The notes: generated by a model from the sequence alone, not told the origin. A DNA stretch of 64,000 nucleotides from an uncultured Clostridiaceae bacterium (GCA_942493365.1 OW818697.1:2276093-2340092); one strand, 5' to 3'; counted from the stretch's first letter, positions 7,721-19,100 are shown. A program made the numbers and translations.

Positions 7721-9166
7721 TCAGCCACAGCAGCTGCCGCCGGCAGCGAGGCTGTCAGGCAATATTGAGGAAGTCGAATTGGTGCTGGCGGTCTGCTCAA
7801 CCACCGTGATCTGACTGCGGATCATGCCCATCCAGCAACTGTAAGGGACAACGCCGGTTTTGTCGGGTGTAAATTCGATGATGTTGTCACCGACCGCCAG
7901 CTTTTTCTCGATGTTGTAATCCGGGATGACCAGCGTGCCATTGCAGCCGTTGATCGTACCGGCAGCAGCGTGAAGATTCCAGCGGACTGGGATGCCGGCC
8001 GTTACGGTGATTGGGGGATAACCATTGCTCGTCAGTTCGGACGTGATTTGCTGCACGCCGTCCTTAACGACAATCTCCTGAGTCGTCACGTTGGTGTTGG
8101 TCACGCTGTTAATCGTGGGCAGGGCGAAACCTGACAAACTGAAGCCGTTCTGAAACATGAAGACGCCGAGGATGATGACCAGCACAGCGCTGACCGTCAT
8201 CATTTTCTGCGTGAATTTTTTGCTGAGCAGAGAGCTCAACGCGCCGAGGCCAAACATCAGGGGCACCGTGCCGAGGCTGAAGACCAGCATCGACAGCGCG
8301 CCGCTGACCAGGCTGCCGGTCGACAGGGCATAGAGCTGCATGGCCTGCAAGGGACCGCAGGGCATCAGACCGTTGAGCAGGCCGACGATGAACGGCCCGT
8401 GGCTTGCCTTTTCGCTGTTGATTTTGCGGGCGAATATTTTCGGCATGCGCGGCGCCAGGCGGCGCAGCCAGGGGAAGAGGTTGAGCATATTGAGGCCCAT
8501 GATGACCATGAAAATACCGGCGATGATGGCGACGATGCCCTTGGCCCAGCCCGAGAAACTGATGACCGAGCCGAGCGCGCCGACGATGCCGCCGATGATG
8601 GTGTAGGACACCACGCGACCAGCGTTGTAGAGGATGCTCGGCCTGAGGTTGGCGCGTTTGCCGGCACCGACTGCCGCCTGTTGCGGGACACATTGCGAAA
8701 TATTGATGCCGCCGCACATGGCGACGCAGTGAATCGAGGTCAGCAGGCCGATCAAAAAGAGCAGGCCGTAGCCCATGCCGGCCTCCGCCTGCGGGAAGGC
8801 GTTGAAGAAGGCGAAGCCGCCAAAGCGGTTGATGATCATGAAGAGGGCGACGATTATGATGACGATGACCAGCACCTGCACGATCTTGGTCTTGGGTGGC
8901 TGCTCGGCTTTAGGCGCGGAAGTGGCAGCAGTGGCCTTGTCCAAAGGTCGTCGAACCTGATAGTCCAAGGCTTCGATGACGCTTTCGATGGCGGCCTGAT
9001 CGATGACATTGGCGTCATACGTGACCGACACGCGCGAACCGGCGTAGCTGGCCTTGGCATCCTGAACACCGTCGGTTTTGCGGAGCGCATTCTCGATGCG
9101 GGTCTCACAGTTGGCGCAGGTCATGCCGTCGACAAAAATCGCAATGTTGGCTATCTTTTGATTCAT
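7721..9166 (-). CDS. HMA (heavy-metal-associated) domain fused to a TauE/SafE-like multi-TM permease and a C-terminal cupredoxin-like domain
   Basis: The N-terminal HMA motif is GMTCANCETRIE. Cys motifs occur in the TM region (HCVAMCGG, MPCGPLQAMQ). The C-terminus (PVRWNLHA...YSCWMGMIRSQITVV) is cupredoxin_1-like. The protein ends in GGSCCG. Confidence 0.7.
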   Translation of the reverse strand: MNQKIANIAIFVDGMTCANCETRIENALRKTDGVQDAKASYAGSRVSVTYDANVIDQAAIESVIEALDYQVRRPLDKATAATSAPKAEQPPKTKIVQVLVIVIIIVALFMIINRFGGFAFFNAFPQAEAGMGYGLLFLIGLLTSIHCVAMCGGINISQCVPQQAAVGAGKRANLRPSILYNAGRVVSYTIIGGIVGALGSVISFSGWAKGIVAIIAGIFMVIMGLNMLNLFPWLRRLAPRMPKIFARKINSEKASHGPFIVGLLNGLMPCGPLQAMQLYALSTGSLVSGALSMLVFSLGTVPLMFGLGALSSLLSKKFTQKMMTVSAVLVIILGVFMFQNGFSLSGFALPTINSVTNTNVTTQEIVVKDGVQQITSELTSNGYPPITVTAGIPVRWNLHAAAGTINGCNGTLVIPDYNIEKKLAVGDNIIEFTPDKTGVVPYSCWMGMIRSQITVVEQTASTNSTSSILPDSLAAGGSCCG

Positions 9167-9249
9167 GGGCTACCTCTTTTAAAAATGATCCTGAATTTTG
9201 CTGTTGGCAGCAGTATAGCGTGGCGGTTTGTAGAAATTATGGAGATGGC

Positions 9250-9275
9250 AAAAAGCTCGCAGCGGCGAGCCTTTT
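9250..9275 (-). terminator. Rho-independent terminator downstream of the RHS-immunity pair (hairpin usable on both strands)
   Basis: GCTCGC-AGCG-GCGAGC forms a 6-bp GC stem. It is flanked by A5 on one side and CTTTT on the other. On the minus strand the hairpin is followed by TTTTTG. Confidence 0.6.
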
Positions 9276-9317
9276 AGGGGGTGAGGGGTGAAGGATGAAG
9301 GGTGATCTGCTGTCAAA

Positions 9318-10058
9318 TCAGGTCATCTGAGATTGTTCAAGCACCCCGCTAACACTCAATATTTTCATGAAAATTTTTCGCAGATGCTTGTATTTCGCTA
9401 TAAATGCGCCACCCTTTTGTTTCGCAACATAAATTGTGTTGCCGCCAAATGAAATGCCTACCGGCAATTGGTATCGACCGAAGTCTTGTTCCACATTATT
9501 CTCAGTGAAATTTCGGAAATCAGTTGTAATTCGGTCAACGCAAATGCATTGAATTAGATGAATGTCATAAAGTTTAATGTTTGGCGCAAGGCCGCAAACA
9601 TATTCCCAGAAGAGTTCTGTGTAGCTAGTCAGTTTTTCGAAGGTCAGCTCGTTTGTTCTGACAAGTTCAAAAACATATAATTTTTTCCAATTCTTCATAT
9701 ATTGGATTTGAACAGAATCATCGGAATTGCATTCGAGCTTTACCGGATCAGAAAATTCAGCATATTTGTTGGCATTCATAATTGCTGCTGATAATTGTTG
9801 AAAGTCACAAGATGAAAATCGGAAACGGTCAGATTTTGTTTTAGGTAACTGTATTCCATATTTGCATACCAACAAAGTCGTAATTCCGCCCAAAACCATT
9901 AATATTATGAACGACCATATAGAAATCGTTCGATAATACTGGTAGTCTTTGTTTCCCCATGGGTGGGCTTGGCTGAATGCAATAAGCACCATTGTTAGAA
10001 TCAACCAAGCAGAGGAAAAGAGTAATAATCCCTTAATAATAGTATTTCTCATCGTCAT
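9318..10058 (-). CDS. Putative immunity protein for the RHS C-terminal toxin (2-TM membrane protein)
   Basis: Its ATG overlaps the RHS stop (ATGA at 10055-10058). It has two N-terminal TM helices and an AT-rich composition like the toxin tip. I recognised no family. Confidence 0.55.
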   Translation of the reverse strand: MTMRNTIIKGLLLFSSAWLILTMVLIAFSQAHPWGNKDYQYYRTISIWSFIILMVLGGITTLLVCKYGIQLPKTKSDRFRFSSCDFQQLSAAIMNANKYAEFSDPVKLECNSDDSVQIQYMKNWKKLYVFELVRTNELTFEKLTSYTELFWEYVCGLAPNIKLYDIHLIQCICVDRITTDFRNFTENNVEQDFGRYQLPVGISFGGNTIYVAKQKGGAFIAKYKHLRKIFMKILSVSGVLEQSQMT

Positions 10059-11518
10059 CCTGCTCGATATTCATACTTTGTTGTTACTAATTTGTACTGC
10101 AAAGTATAATAAGCCTGAATAATTGTTTGTTTGTACATCCTTCTCGCGTAAGGACCAATAAAGCTTTTAACAAATTTTGATGGTGAATACAAACCCTTTG
10201 TTCTCACTACTTTCCCAGCTATTTTCCCAGTTACCATGTTTACCGTTCCATTTATAGCTGTATCTGTTAAAACAGTCCCTGCTGAGTCTAATAAATTGGT
10301 TGTTGTTAGTTCTTTTTCACCGGAGATATACTTACACGCTTCATTCGTGACCGATTCGGCTGCTGAGCTGATATAACTTGCCGCAGCAAGATTTCCCGTT
10401 GTTGCCATGATTCCTCCGAATACTGCTCCACCAACAGCTGCTCCTATAACGCCATCCCAAACATCTTGACCTGTAGTCAAATTTGAAACAACTTGAGTTG
10501 CTGCGCCAATGATAGCACCAAAAAATGCTCCTGCTACAGCTAACCAAAACTCACCATCCGGGTCTGCCCGCATGATCGGGTTATTGTCACAATACGAAAA
10601 CAGATTCTTATCAGTAATTGATGACGGAATGACCGACACATTGCTGACCAGATCAGCATTAACAAACCTCCCCCAATTGGGATTATAGTACCTGCTCTGC
10701 AGATAGTACAGCCCCGTTTCGCCGTCAAACCGATAGCCGCGGTAGCTGTAGGGGTTGTCCGCGCCCAGCGTGTCGGATAGGCTGCCGGTCGTGCCGAGGA
10801 GCTGGCCCCAGGCATCGTAGGCGTATTCGACCACCGTGTCGCCGGCGCTGTCGATCAGTCGGGTGATGTCGCCCTGGGCGTTGCGGATGTAGAAATAGGT
10901 GCTGCCGCCGTACTGGATCGCCCACAGCTTGCCGCTGGCATCGTAGGAATAGTAGATCGCGGCGTCGGTGCCGGTCTTCTCCCACGTGACCTGGCCGCCA
11001 ACCACATTGTAGGTCGTGGTGACGCCATTGACGGTCTTTTCCGTGCGAATGTCGGCGTCATTGTACTTGTAGCTGGCGGTTGTCGTGCCGTCGGTGATTT
11101 GCTGGAGCTTGCGGCCCTGCGCCCAGGTGTAAGTCCAGGTGCCGTCGGTCAGGGGGTTGCCGATTTCGTCGTAGGTGATGGCAGCGCCGTCGAAGCTGGT
11201 CAGCTTGTCCTTCCAGATGGTGTCGGTGTAGCCGTAGTCGATGGTATCGACCGGATCACCCAGGGTGCCGTCACCGGCGACAAAGTCGTAGCGGACCTTG
11301 CTGGTGATGTTACCGCCGACATCATAATTGTATATCATGGTGTAGCTGGTGCCGCCCCAGCTGTAATTTTCGCGGATCAGCTGGCCAAAGCCATCATAGC
11401 GATAATCCGAGTAATTGCTGGCGTCCTTGGCCACTTGGGTGATGTAGCCGCGGTCGTCGTAAGCGTAAGTCAGGGTCTCGGCGTTGGCATCGCCGTAGTC
11501 GTTGATCACCTGCTGCAC
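10055..11518 (-). CDS. RHS/YD-repeat protein, 5'-truncated (orphan) core plus a variable C-terminal toxin domain
   Basis: YD repeats are present (YAYDDRGY, YRYDGFGQL, YSYDASGKL, YAYDAWGQL). The core terminus YCDNNPIMRADPDGEF has its DPDGEF at 10547-10564. The 163-aa tail carries glycine-zipper runs (GAFFGAIIGAA, GVIGAAVGGAVFGGIMATTG). The same frame stays open upstream to about 11755 with no ATG/GTG/TTG start or SD. Confidence 0.8.
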   Translation of the reverse strand: MQQVINDYGDANAETLTYAYDDRGYITQVAKDASNYSDYRYDGFGQLIRENYSWGGTSYTMIYNYDVGGNITSKVRYDFVAGDGTLGDPVDTIDYGYTDTIWKDKLTSFDGAAITYDEIGNPLTDGTWTYTWAQGRKLQQITDGTTTASYKYNDADIRTEKTVNGVTTTYNVVGGQVTWEKTGTDAAIYYSYDASGKLWAIQYGGSTYFYIRNAQGDITRLIDSAGDTVVEYAYDAWGQLLGTTGSLSDTLGADNPYSYRGYRFDGETGLYYLQSRYYNPNWGRFVNADLVSNVSVIPSSITDKNLFSYCDNNPIMRADPDGEFWLAVAGAFFGAIIGAATQVVSNLTTGQDVWDGVIGAAVGGAVFGGIMATTGNLAAASYISSAAESVTNEACKYISGEKELTTTNLLDSAGTVLTDTAINGTVNMVTGKIAGKVVRTKGLYSPSKFVKSFIGPYARRMYKQTIIQAYYTLQYKLVTTKYEYRAG

Positions 11519-11808
11519 GCGGTAGGAATTGGTCGAGTTGGTACCGTCGCCGGGCGTGTAGACGAGTTGGGTCTGGTAGAGGTCGGTCGTGCCGTTGCGG
11601 ATGGTCGAGGAAACCGCGCAGCTGAGGCCGGTGCTGTCGTAAGTGGTATTTGAGCTGAAAGTGCCGAAGCCGGTCGAGACCGGTCGGGAATCGTCGTCAT
11701 AGAAACTGTCAAAGTGCTCAGAATTATGGGCTCTAAGAATGAGATCAATCCGATATTACTAATATTATCAAACATGCAATGCTAAATCTATGCCCTTATA
11801 ATAGATAC

Positions 11809-11839
11809 AAAAAAAGACTGCCACGTTGCCGTGACAGTC
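11809..11839 (-). terminator. Rho-independent terminator after csoR
   Basis: The minus strand reads GACTGTCACG-GCAA-CGTGGCAGTC (9 of 10 pairs) followed by T7. Confidence 0.75.
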
Positions 11840-11852
11840 CAGTTGTTCGTTG

Positions 11853-12176
11853 TTATCGCATTTTGCTGATCGTGACCAACAGTTCTTCGATGATTTCCGG
11901 GTCGCCGTCTTTGAGTTTGTTGACGACGCAGCCCTGGATGTGATGTTTCAGGAGCAGTTTGCTGACGGCCTCCAGCGCTGACTGGGCGGCGGCGATCTGG
12001 TTCAAAATATCGTCACAGTAGGCATCCTTCTCGATCATGTTGTTGATGCCGCGGATTTGCCCCTCGACGCGGTTGAGACGGACGGTCAGGTCGCTCTTGA
12101 GTTTGAGGGTGCGGGTGGTGTTGCGCTCGTCACCGCATGCTTGTTCGGGGAGTTCCATCTCATTCATTGTTTTCAC
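11853..12176 (-). CDS. csoR: CsoR-family copper-sensing transcriptional repressor
   Basis: 107 aa with DUF156 architecture. The Cys...His...Cys ligand pattern is present (AYCDDIL ... HHIQGC). It is the last gene of the copA operon. Confidence 0.85.
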   Translation of the reverse strand: MKTMNEMELPEQACGDERNTTRTLKLKSDLTVRLNRVEGQIRGINNMIEKDAYCDDILNQIAAAQSALEAVSKLLLKHHIQGCVVNKLKDGDPEIIEELLVTISKMR

Positions 12177-12841
12177 TCCAAATCAAACGGCTTAAGAAAT
12201 TTGTCAACTTCGATCGGCTGACCGGCGGCATCCTTCATGGCGACTTTGGCAAAAACCCAACCGGTCACTTGCGCGGGGTCGACGCCGGCGTCGATCAGCA
12301 TTTTGGGGTCGAGTACAAAGACGATATCCTTGTCGTTGGTGTTCAGGTCCTTGGCCCATTCGAATTTGTTGCCGTTGCCGAGGTCAACGCCATAGTGATC
12401 GAGCGTCTCGTGGTAGCCAATGACGTCGCGCCGCAGCGCAACCAGTTCGGTATAGGACGCCAGCGCGGTTGCTTTGGCGCTGTCCGAAAAGGCAGCGTCG
12501 CCGAGATCCTGACCAACCATGATCATGCCGTCAACCAGGGTGCCAGCAGGCAGTTTGGCGGGGTCGAGTCCAGCGTCGATGAAGGGTTGGGCGTCAACTT
12601 CGATCATGACATCGTGGGGGCTGGATGTTTTGAAATCACTGCTGAAAAAGAAGCGGGCTGACTGGTCGGGCGCGTTGAGCGACCAACCGCCGAAGGTTGT
12701 ATCGGCTGTGACGTTGGACAGGGCCAGAACCTTCTCGAACGAGGTGATTGAGACCTGGCCGACGACGTCGATCTGGGCACAGCCGGCGAAGGACAGTATG
12801 GCAACGATGGATACCGTTAAAATAATAAATGCTTTTTTCAT
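12173..12841 (-). CDS. Lipoprotein of unknown function with an internal duplication, embedded between copA and csoR
   Basis: Signal peptide plus lipobox: MKKAFIILTVSIVAILSFAGC. There is an internal repeat: DVMIEVDAQPFIDAGLDPAKL versus DIVFVLDPKMLIDAGVDPAQV. Its stop overlaps the csoR start (12173-12176). Confidence 0.7.
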   Translation of the reverse strand: MKKAFIILTVSIVAILSFAGCAQIDVVGQVSITSFEKVLALSNVTADTTFGGWSLNAPDQSARFFFSSDFKTSSPHDVMIEVDAQPFIDAGLDPAKLPAGTLVDGMIMVGQDLGDAAFSDSAKATALASYTELVALRRDVIGYHETLDHYGVDLGNGNKFEWAKDLNTNDKDIVFVLDPKMLIDAGVDPAQVTGWVFAKVAMKDAAGQPIEVDKFLKPFDLE

Positions 12842-12857
12842 GATCATATCCTCCAGA

Positions 12858-15170
<2,313 letters not shown>

Positions 15171-15192
15171 GATGTGAAGCCTCCTTTGTACC

Positions 15193-15209
15193 ATACCCTG
15201 GTAGTGTAT
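15193..15209 (-). promoter_or_regulatory. Candidate CsoR operator (pseudo-palindrome) in the copA 5' region
   Basis: ATACCCTGGTAGTGTAT contains TACC-N2-GGTA and outer ATAC/GTAT arms. It lies just upstream of the copA SD, in the only 60-85 nt available for a promoter. The assignment is by analogy to TACC/GGTA-type CsoR boxes. Confidence 0.4.
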
Positions 15210-15253
15210 CTGATGCTCATTTTACACCTGATTTGTGTATACATTATGGAGAA

Positions 15254-16645
15254 TCAGGCACGGGGCAGCGTAATCGTAAACTGGCTGCCCTGGCCGAGCG
15301 TGCTGATCACGTCGATCGCGCCGTTGTGGGCGTCGATGATCGATTTGACAATGGTCAGACCGATGCCCGCGCCGCCGGTGCTGCGTGTGCGCGACTTGTC
15401 GGTGCGATAGAATCGTTCAAAAATGTTCGGCAGGTCGGCCGGCGAAATGCCAGTACCGGTGTCGCTGACGGCAACGCTGACTTGCTGCGGGTCGCTAGTG
15501 AGTACGACCTCGACCTTACCGCCAGCCGGGGTATACTTGAGGGCGTTGGCCAGCAGATTGATCATCACCTGGCTCAATTTGTCCTCGTCACCCTCGATGA
15601 ATTCGGGGCTGGCCGTCAGGGTCAGCTTGACCTGTTGGCTGGCAAACTGCGACTGAAAATTGTCGACGACGCGCTGCAGCAGGGCTGCCAGATCCAAGCG
15701 TGCGCGATTGAGGGTCAGGTTGTCCTGATCCATTTCGGTCAGCTTTTCCATGTCGCCGACCAGTTTGGAAATGCGCACGACCTCGGCATGACAGTTTTCC
15801 AGCCGGGTCTGATCAGCCGCAAATGTGCCGTCGATCATGGCCTCGAGGTGGCTCTGCAAGATGGTCAGCGGCGTGCGCAGCTCGTGCGCGACGTCGGCGG
15901 TCAGCTGTTTGCGCAGGTTTTCCTGCTGCCCCAGTGTCGCGCCCAGGCTGTTGATCGAAGTGGTCAGCTCAACAATTTCGCGGGTGTTTGATTTGGCGCT
16001 GATGCGGTCGATGTACTTGCCGCCGGCAATTTGCTGGGCGGTGGCGATGACGCTGGTGATCGGTCGCGTCAGCTGACGAGCTAAGATGATGCCCAAGGCG
16101 ACCGAGATCAGCATGGCAATGAAGGCTGCCAGCAGCAGCAGTTGGTTAAGCGTTTTAAGAAATTGAACGTCAGCAGTCGAATAGAAGTAGGGTCCATAGT
16201 AACCAATATCCACGCTGCCAACCTGCTGGCGGTCGACATTGATCGGGTAGGATTCTTCGACGTAGCCGCCCTGAAAATTAATGTTTTGCGCCTGCATGGT
16301 CTGGGCATAATTGGCCAGCATCGTCGAACACATGCCGTTGTTGTGCACCTGCGCGTCCCAGAGTACGCTGCCCTGCTGGTCGTGCAGGCGCAGCATCATG
16401 CCCTGCCCCAGCGTGTTGACGCCAATCGTCTCGATACCGGCGGCGTCCCAGCGGTTGCCCCAGTCGACATAGCGGCTGGTCAGCAACTCGACCAAGCTGC
16501 TGATCTGCTGCTGTTGCTTGTCGATGGCGTAGGCTTGAAACTGATTGCTGAGAAAATTGTTGGCCAGTAGGCTGACCAAGGCGACCATCGTCAGGGTGAC
16601 GATCAGAAAGGCGGCGATCAGCTTGGTGCGCAGACCGATTTTCAT
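15254..16645 (-). CDS. Sensor histidine kinase (2 TM, extracytoplasmic sensor, HAMP, HisKA, HATPase)
   Basis: H-box HELRTPLT, plus N/G boxes (NLLANALKYTP, DTGTGI, GGAGIGL). It overlaps the response-regulator gene by 4 nt. Confidence 0.88.
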   Translation of the reverse strand: MKIGLRTKLIAAFLIVTLTMVALVSLLANNFLSNQFQAYAIDKQQQQISSLVELLTSRYVDWGNRWDAAGIETIGVNTLGQGMMLRLHDQQGSVLWDAQVHNNGMCSTMLANYAQTMQAQNINFQGGYVEESYPINVDRQQVGSVDIGYYGPYFYSTADVQFLKTLNQLLLLAAFIAMLISVALGIILARQLTRPITSVIATAQQIAGGKYIDRISAKSNTREIVELTTSINSLGATLGQQENLRKQLTADVAHELRTPLTILQSHLEAMIDGTFAADQTRLENCHAEVVRISKLVGDMEKLTEMDQDNLTLNRARLDLAALLQRVVDNFQSQFASQQVKLTLTASPEFIEGDEDKLSQVMINLLANALKYTPAGGKVEVVLTSDPQQVSVAVSDTGTGISPADLPNIFERFYRTDKSRTRSTGGAGIGLTIVKSIIDAHNGAIDVISTLGQGSQFTITLPRA

Positions 16646-17340
16646 GTCGCATCACCGCCGAACTTGTAGCCGACGCCGTAGATCGTCTGGATATAGCGGG
16701 GGTGACGGGAGTCGTCTTCGATTTTCTGGCGAATATTCTTGAGATGGCTGTCGATCACACGGTCGTTGCCGTCAAAGTCATCACCGAAAGCCAGCGAAAT
16801 CAGCTCGTCACGGGTGAAAACCTTGGTCGGGTATTTGATCAGCGCTAAGAGCAGCTTGAATTCGTTGGGGGTGAAGGTGACGGCCTGGCCGGCCTTGCGC
16901 ACTTCGTAGCGCAGGCTGTCGACGATGAGGTCGCCGCCGTTGAAGGTTTGCTGGCTGGCCAGCGGAAAGGGCTCTTCGCTCGCGCGGCGCAAAATCGCCT
17001 GAACGCGCGCCAGCAATTGACGCGGGCTGAAGGGTTTGGTCACATAATCGTCGGCGCCGAAATTGAGGCCGTTGATCAGGTCCTCTTCGGCTGACTTGGC
17101 GGTCAGCATGATGATTGGCACGCGCGATTTTTTGCGGATGGCCTGGCAAACTGCCTCGCCGGAGAGGTCGGGCAGCATCAGATCCAGGATGACGAGGGCT
17201 GGGGCGGACTGATCAAAGACAGTCAAGGCGTCGCGGCCGTTGGCGGCGCTGACCACGGCAAAGCCGGCTTTTTCCAGATAGGCTCGGATGACTTCGACAA
17301 TCATCGCTTCGTCGTCGACGACCAGAATTTTGCCGCGCAT
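16642..17340 (-). CDS. OmpR/PhoB-family response regulator
   Basis: REC domain (ILVVDDE...LDLMLPD...MLTAK) plus a winged-helix output domain (YIQTIYGVGYKF). The start is at the ATG (MRGKIL), 5 nt after AGGTGG. Confidence 0.9.
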   Translation of the reverse strand: MRGKILVVDDEAMIVEVIRAYLEKAGFAVVSAANGRDALTVFDQSAPALVILDLMLPDLSGEAVCQAIRKKSRVPIIMLTAKSAEEDLINGLNFGADDYVTKPFSPRQLLARVQAILRRASEEPFPLASQQTFNGGDLIVDSLRYEVRKAGQAVTFTPNEFKLLLALIKYPTKVFTRDELISLAFGDDFDGNDRVIDSHLKNIRQKIEDDSRHPRYIQTIYGVGYKFGGDAT

Positions 17341-17385
17341 GGAACCACCTGCCTTTGCTAGAATACTCGCCATTATAGTCGCAAA

Positions 17386-18564
17386 TTATGGAGAATTTGT
17401 GAAGGTTCGCTCGAGCCGCGCCAGCGCCTCGGCCAGCGTGGCGCGCGGGCAGGCGAAATTGATGCGCTGAAAGCCCTCGCCGCCAGCCCCGAAGATGCGA
17501 CCGGTGTTGAGCCACAAGCCGGCCTGGTGAATGATCTTGCGGTCGAGCTCGGCATCTGAAAGCCCCATATCGCGGCAGTCCAGCCAGGCCAGATAGGTGC
17601 CCTCCGGCTCGATCAACTTGATCTGCGGCAGTTTTTGTTTGAGAAAATCCCGCATAAATTGCAGGTTGCCGGCCAAATACAACTTTAAGGCCGCCAGCCA
17701 CGGGTGGCCGCTGGCGTAGGCGGCGCGGCAGGCGGTCAGGCCCATGATGCCGACCTGGCTGGTGCCGCTGCGGGTGATTTCGCGTTGCAGCTGTTGGCGG
17801 AGCTGCGCGTTGGCAATGAAAAGATTGGAAATCTGCAGGCCGGCCAGGTTGAAGGTTTTGGTCGGTGCCGTGCAGGTGATGGTCATCGCGGCGAATGCTG
17901 GTCGGAGATTGGCAAAAACCTGATGCTGGTGACCGGGAAAAACAAAGTCGGCGTGGATTTCGTCGGCGACGACAGTGACGCCGTGCCGGTGGCAGATGTC
18001 ACCCATGCGGTCCAGCTCAGCCGCCGTCCACACCCGGCCAACCGGGTTATGCGGGCTGCAAAGAAGGAAAAGCTTGACCTGGTTTTGGCTGATTTTGGCT
18101 TCGAAATCCTGAATGTCGATTGTGTAGTGCCCCTGGTTGAGCACCAGCTCGTTGACCACCAGCTGGCGGTCGTTGACCTGTACCGACTCCGCAAAGGGAT
18201 GGTACACCGGTTGCTGGATCAGCACCGCGTCACCCTTGGCGGTCAGGGCGCGGATGGCGGCGCAGATGGCAAAGACGATGCCCGGCGTTTTGACCAGCCA
18301 AGCGGGTTCGATGGCCCAATCGAAAAAACGTTCAAACCAGGCTTTGAGCACTTTGAAATAGTCGTCACCGACTTCGGAATAGCCGAAAATGCCGTGACGA
18401 CTTTTGTCGACCAGGGCGGCGATGACCTCAGGCGGCGTGCGGAAGTCCATGTCGGCCACCCACAGCGGCAGGATGCCTTTGGGCTTGCCGCGGCGTTCGG
18501 CGAAATCGTATTTGAGGCTGTCGGTGTCGCGTCGCTCGATCATTTCATCAAAATCGTATTTCAT
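17386..18564 (-). CDS. PLP-dependent C-S lyase / cystathionine beta-lyase (MalY/PatB family aminotransferase)
   Basis: 392 aa with the N-terminus MKYDFDEMIERRDTDSLKYD and LWVADMDF typical of PatB/MalY. It is adjacent to the Rrf2 regulator and cysK. Confidence 0.8.
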   Translation of the reverse strand: MKYDFDEMIERRDTDSLKYDFAERRGKPKGILPLWVADMDFRTPPEVIAALVDKSRHGIFGYSEVGDDYFKVLKAWFERFFDWAIEPAWLVKTPGIVFAICAAIRALTAKGDAVLIQQPVYHPFAESVQVNDRQLVVNELVLNQGHYTIDIQDFEAKISQNQVKLFLLCSPHNPVGRVWTAAELDRMGDICHRHGVTVVADEIHADFVFPGHQHQVFANLRPAFAAMTITCTAPTKTFNLAGLQISNLFIANAQLRQQLQREITRSGTSQVGIMGLTACRAAYASGHPWLAALKLYLAGNLQFMRDFLKQKLPQIKLIEPEGTYLAWLDCRDMGLSDAELDRKIIHQAGLWLNTGRIFGAGGEGFQRINFACPRATLAEALARLERTFTNSP

Positions 18565-18587
18565 GTCAGCCCTCCAAAATTTGCCTC

Positions 18588-19034
18588 TTAAATATAAAAC
18601 ATCATTTGGCTGTCGGACGGGTGCTGCTCGACCGCCGTTAGCAGGTCGGCGAGTGTCACTTGCCCGAGTGTGTCCTGCACTGCAGCACCGAGTTTTTGGA
18701 AGGCGGCGCTCTGCATGGCGGCCTCGATGGCCGGGGCTTTGGTCTGCACGGTGGTCTCGGTGGCTTCGAACAGCGACAACTCGACCGCTGACAGGATCTC
18801 GTATACCGTGATCTGCTGGGGCATTCGCGCCAGCTGATAGCCGCCCTGCGCCCCCTTGATCGAATTGACCAGGCCGCCGCGCTTCAAGAGCGAAAAAACC
18901 TGTTCAAGGTAGATTTTGGAAATGCCGAGACGATCGGACAAACTGACGACGGTGATGCAGTCGCCGCTGCTGTAATGCTCCGCCATGCTGATCGTCGCCG
19001 CCAGCGCGTAACGTCCTTTAACCGAAATCTTCAT
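18588..19034 (-). CDS. Rrf2-family transcriptional regulator (CymR-like)
   Basis: 148 aa with an Rrf2 winged-HTH N-terminus ([17 protein letters not shown]...[25 protein letters not shown]). It is divergent from cysK. Confidence 0.85.
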   Translation of the reverse strand: MKISVKGRYALAATISMAEHYSSGDCITVVSLSDRLGISKIYLEQVFSLLKRGGLVNSIKGAQGGYQLARMPQQITVYEILSAVELSLFEATETTVQTKAPAIEAAMQSAAFQKLGAAVQDTLGQVTLADLLTAVEQHPSDSQMMFYI

Positions 19035-19100
19035 TTTTAGTTCTCCATTGCCTAGATGTTTAGTATGTTTTAAAGCTAACGCAAAATGCTCGATCTGTCA

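Noticed and set aside
7715-7726. The convergent genes 6119-7720 and 7721-9166 abut with zero intergenic bases. rnj and the REC-GGDEF gene likewise overlap by 14 nt at 43991-44004.
   Set aside because: Tight convergent packing without terminators is noteworthy for transcriptional interference, but it is not in itself evidence of a novel element.
9167-9249. I searched the upstream region of the HMA-permease gene for a CsoR-type TACC...GGTA box like the one at copA.
   Set aside because: No comparable pseudo-palindrome is present. There is only a small GCTG-TTGG-CAGC hairpin and a possible TATACT -10.
11506-11775. An 89-aa ORF starting at ATG 11775, just upstream of and overlapping the RHS frame.
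   Set aside because: It is out of frame with the YD-repeat frame, gives a Pro/Ser/Thr/Ala-rich nonsense-like translation once it enters the RHS DNA, and has no SD. I keep it only as a note that a frameshift could once have linked an upstream start to the RHS frame.
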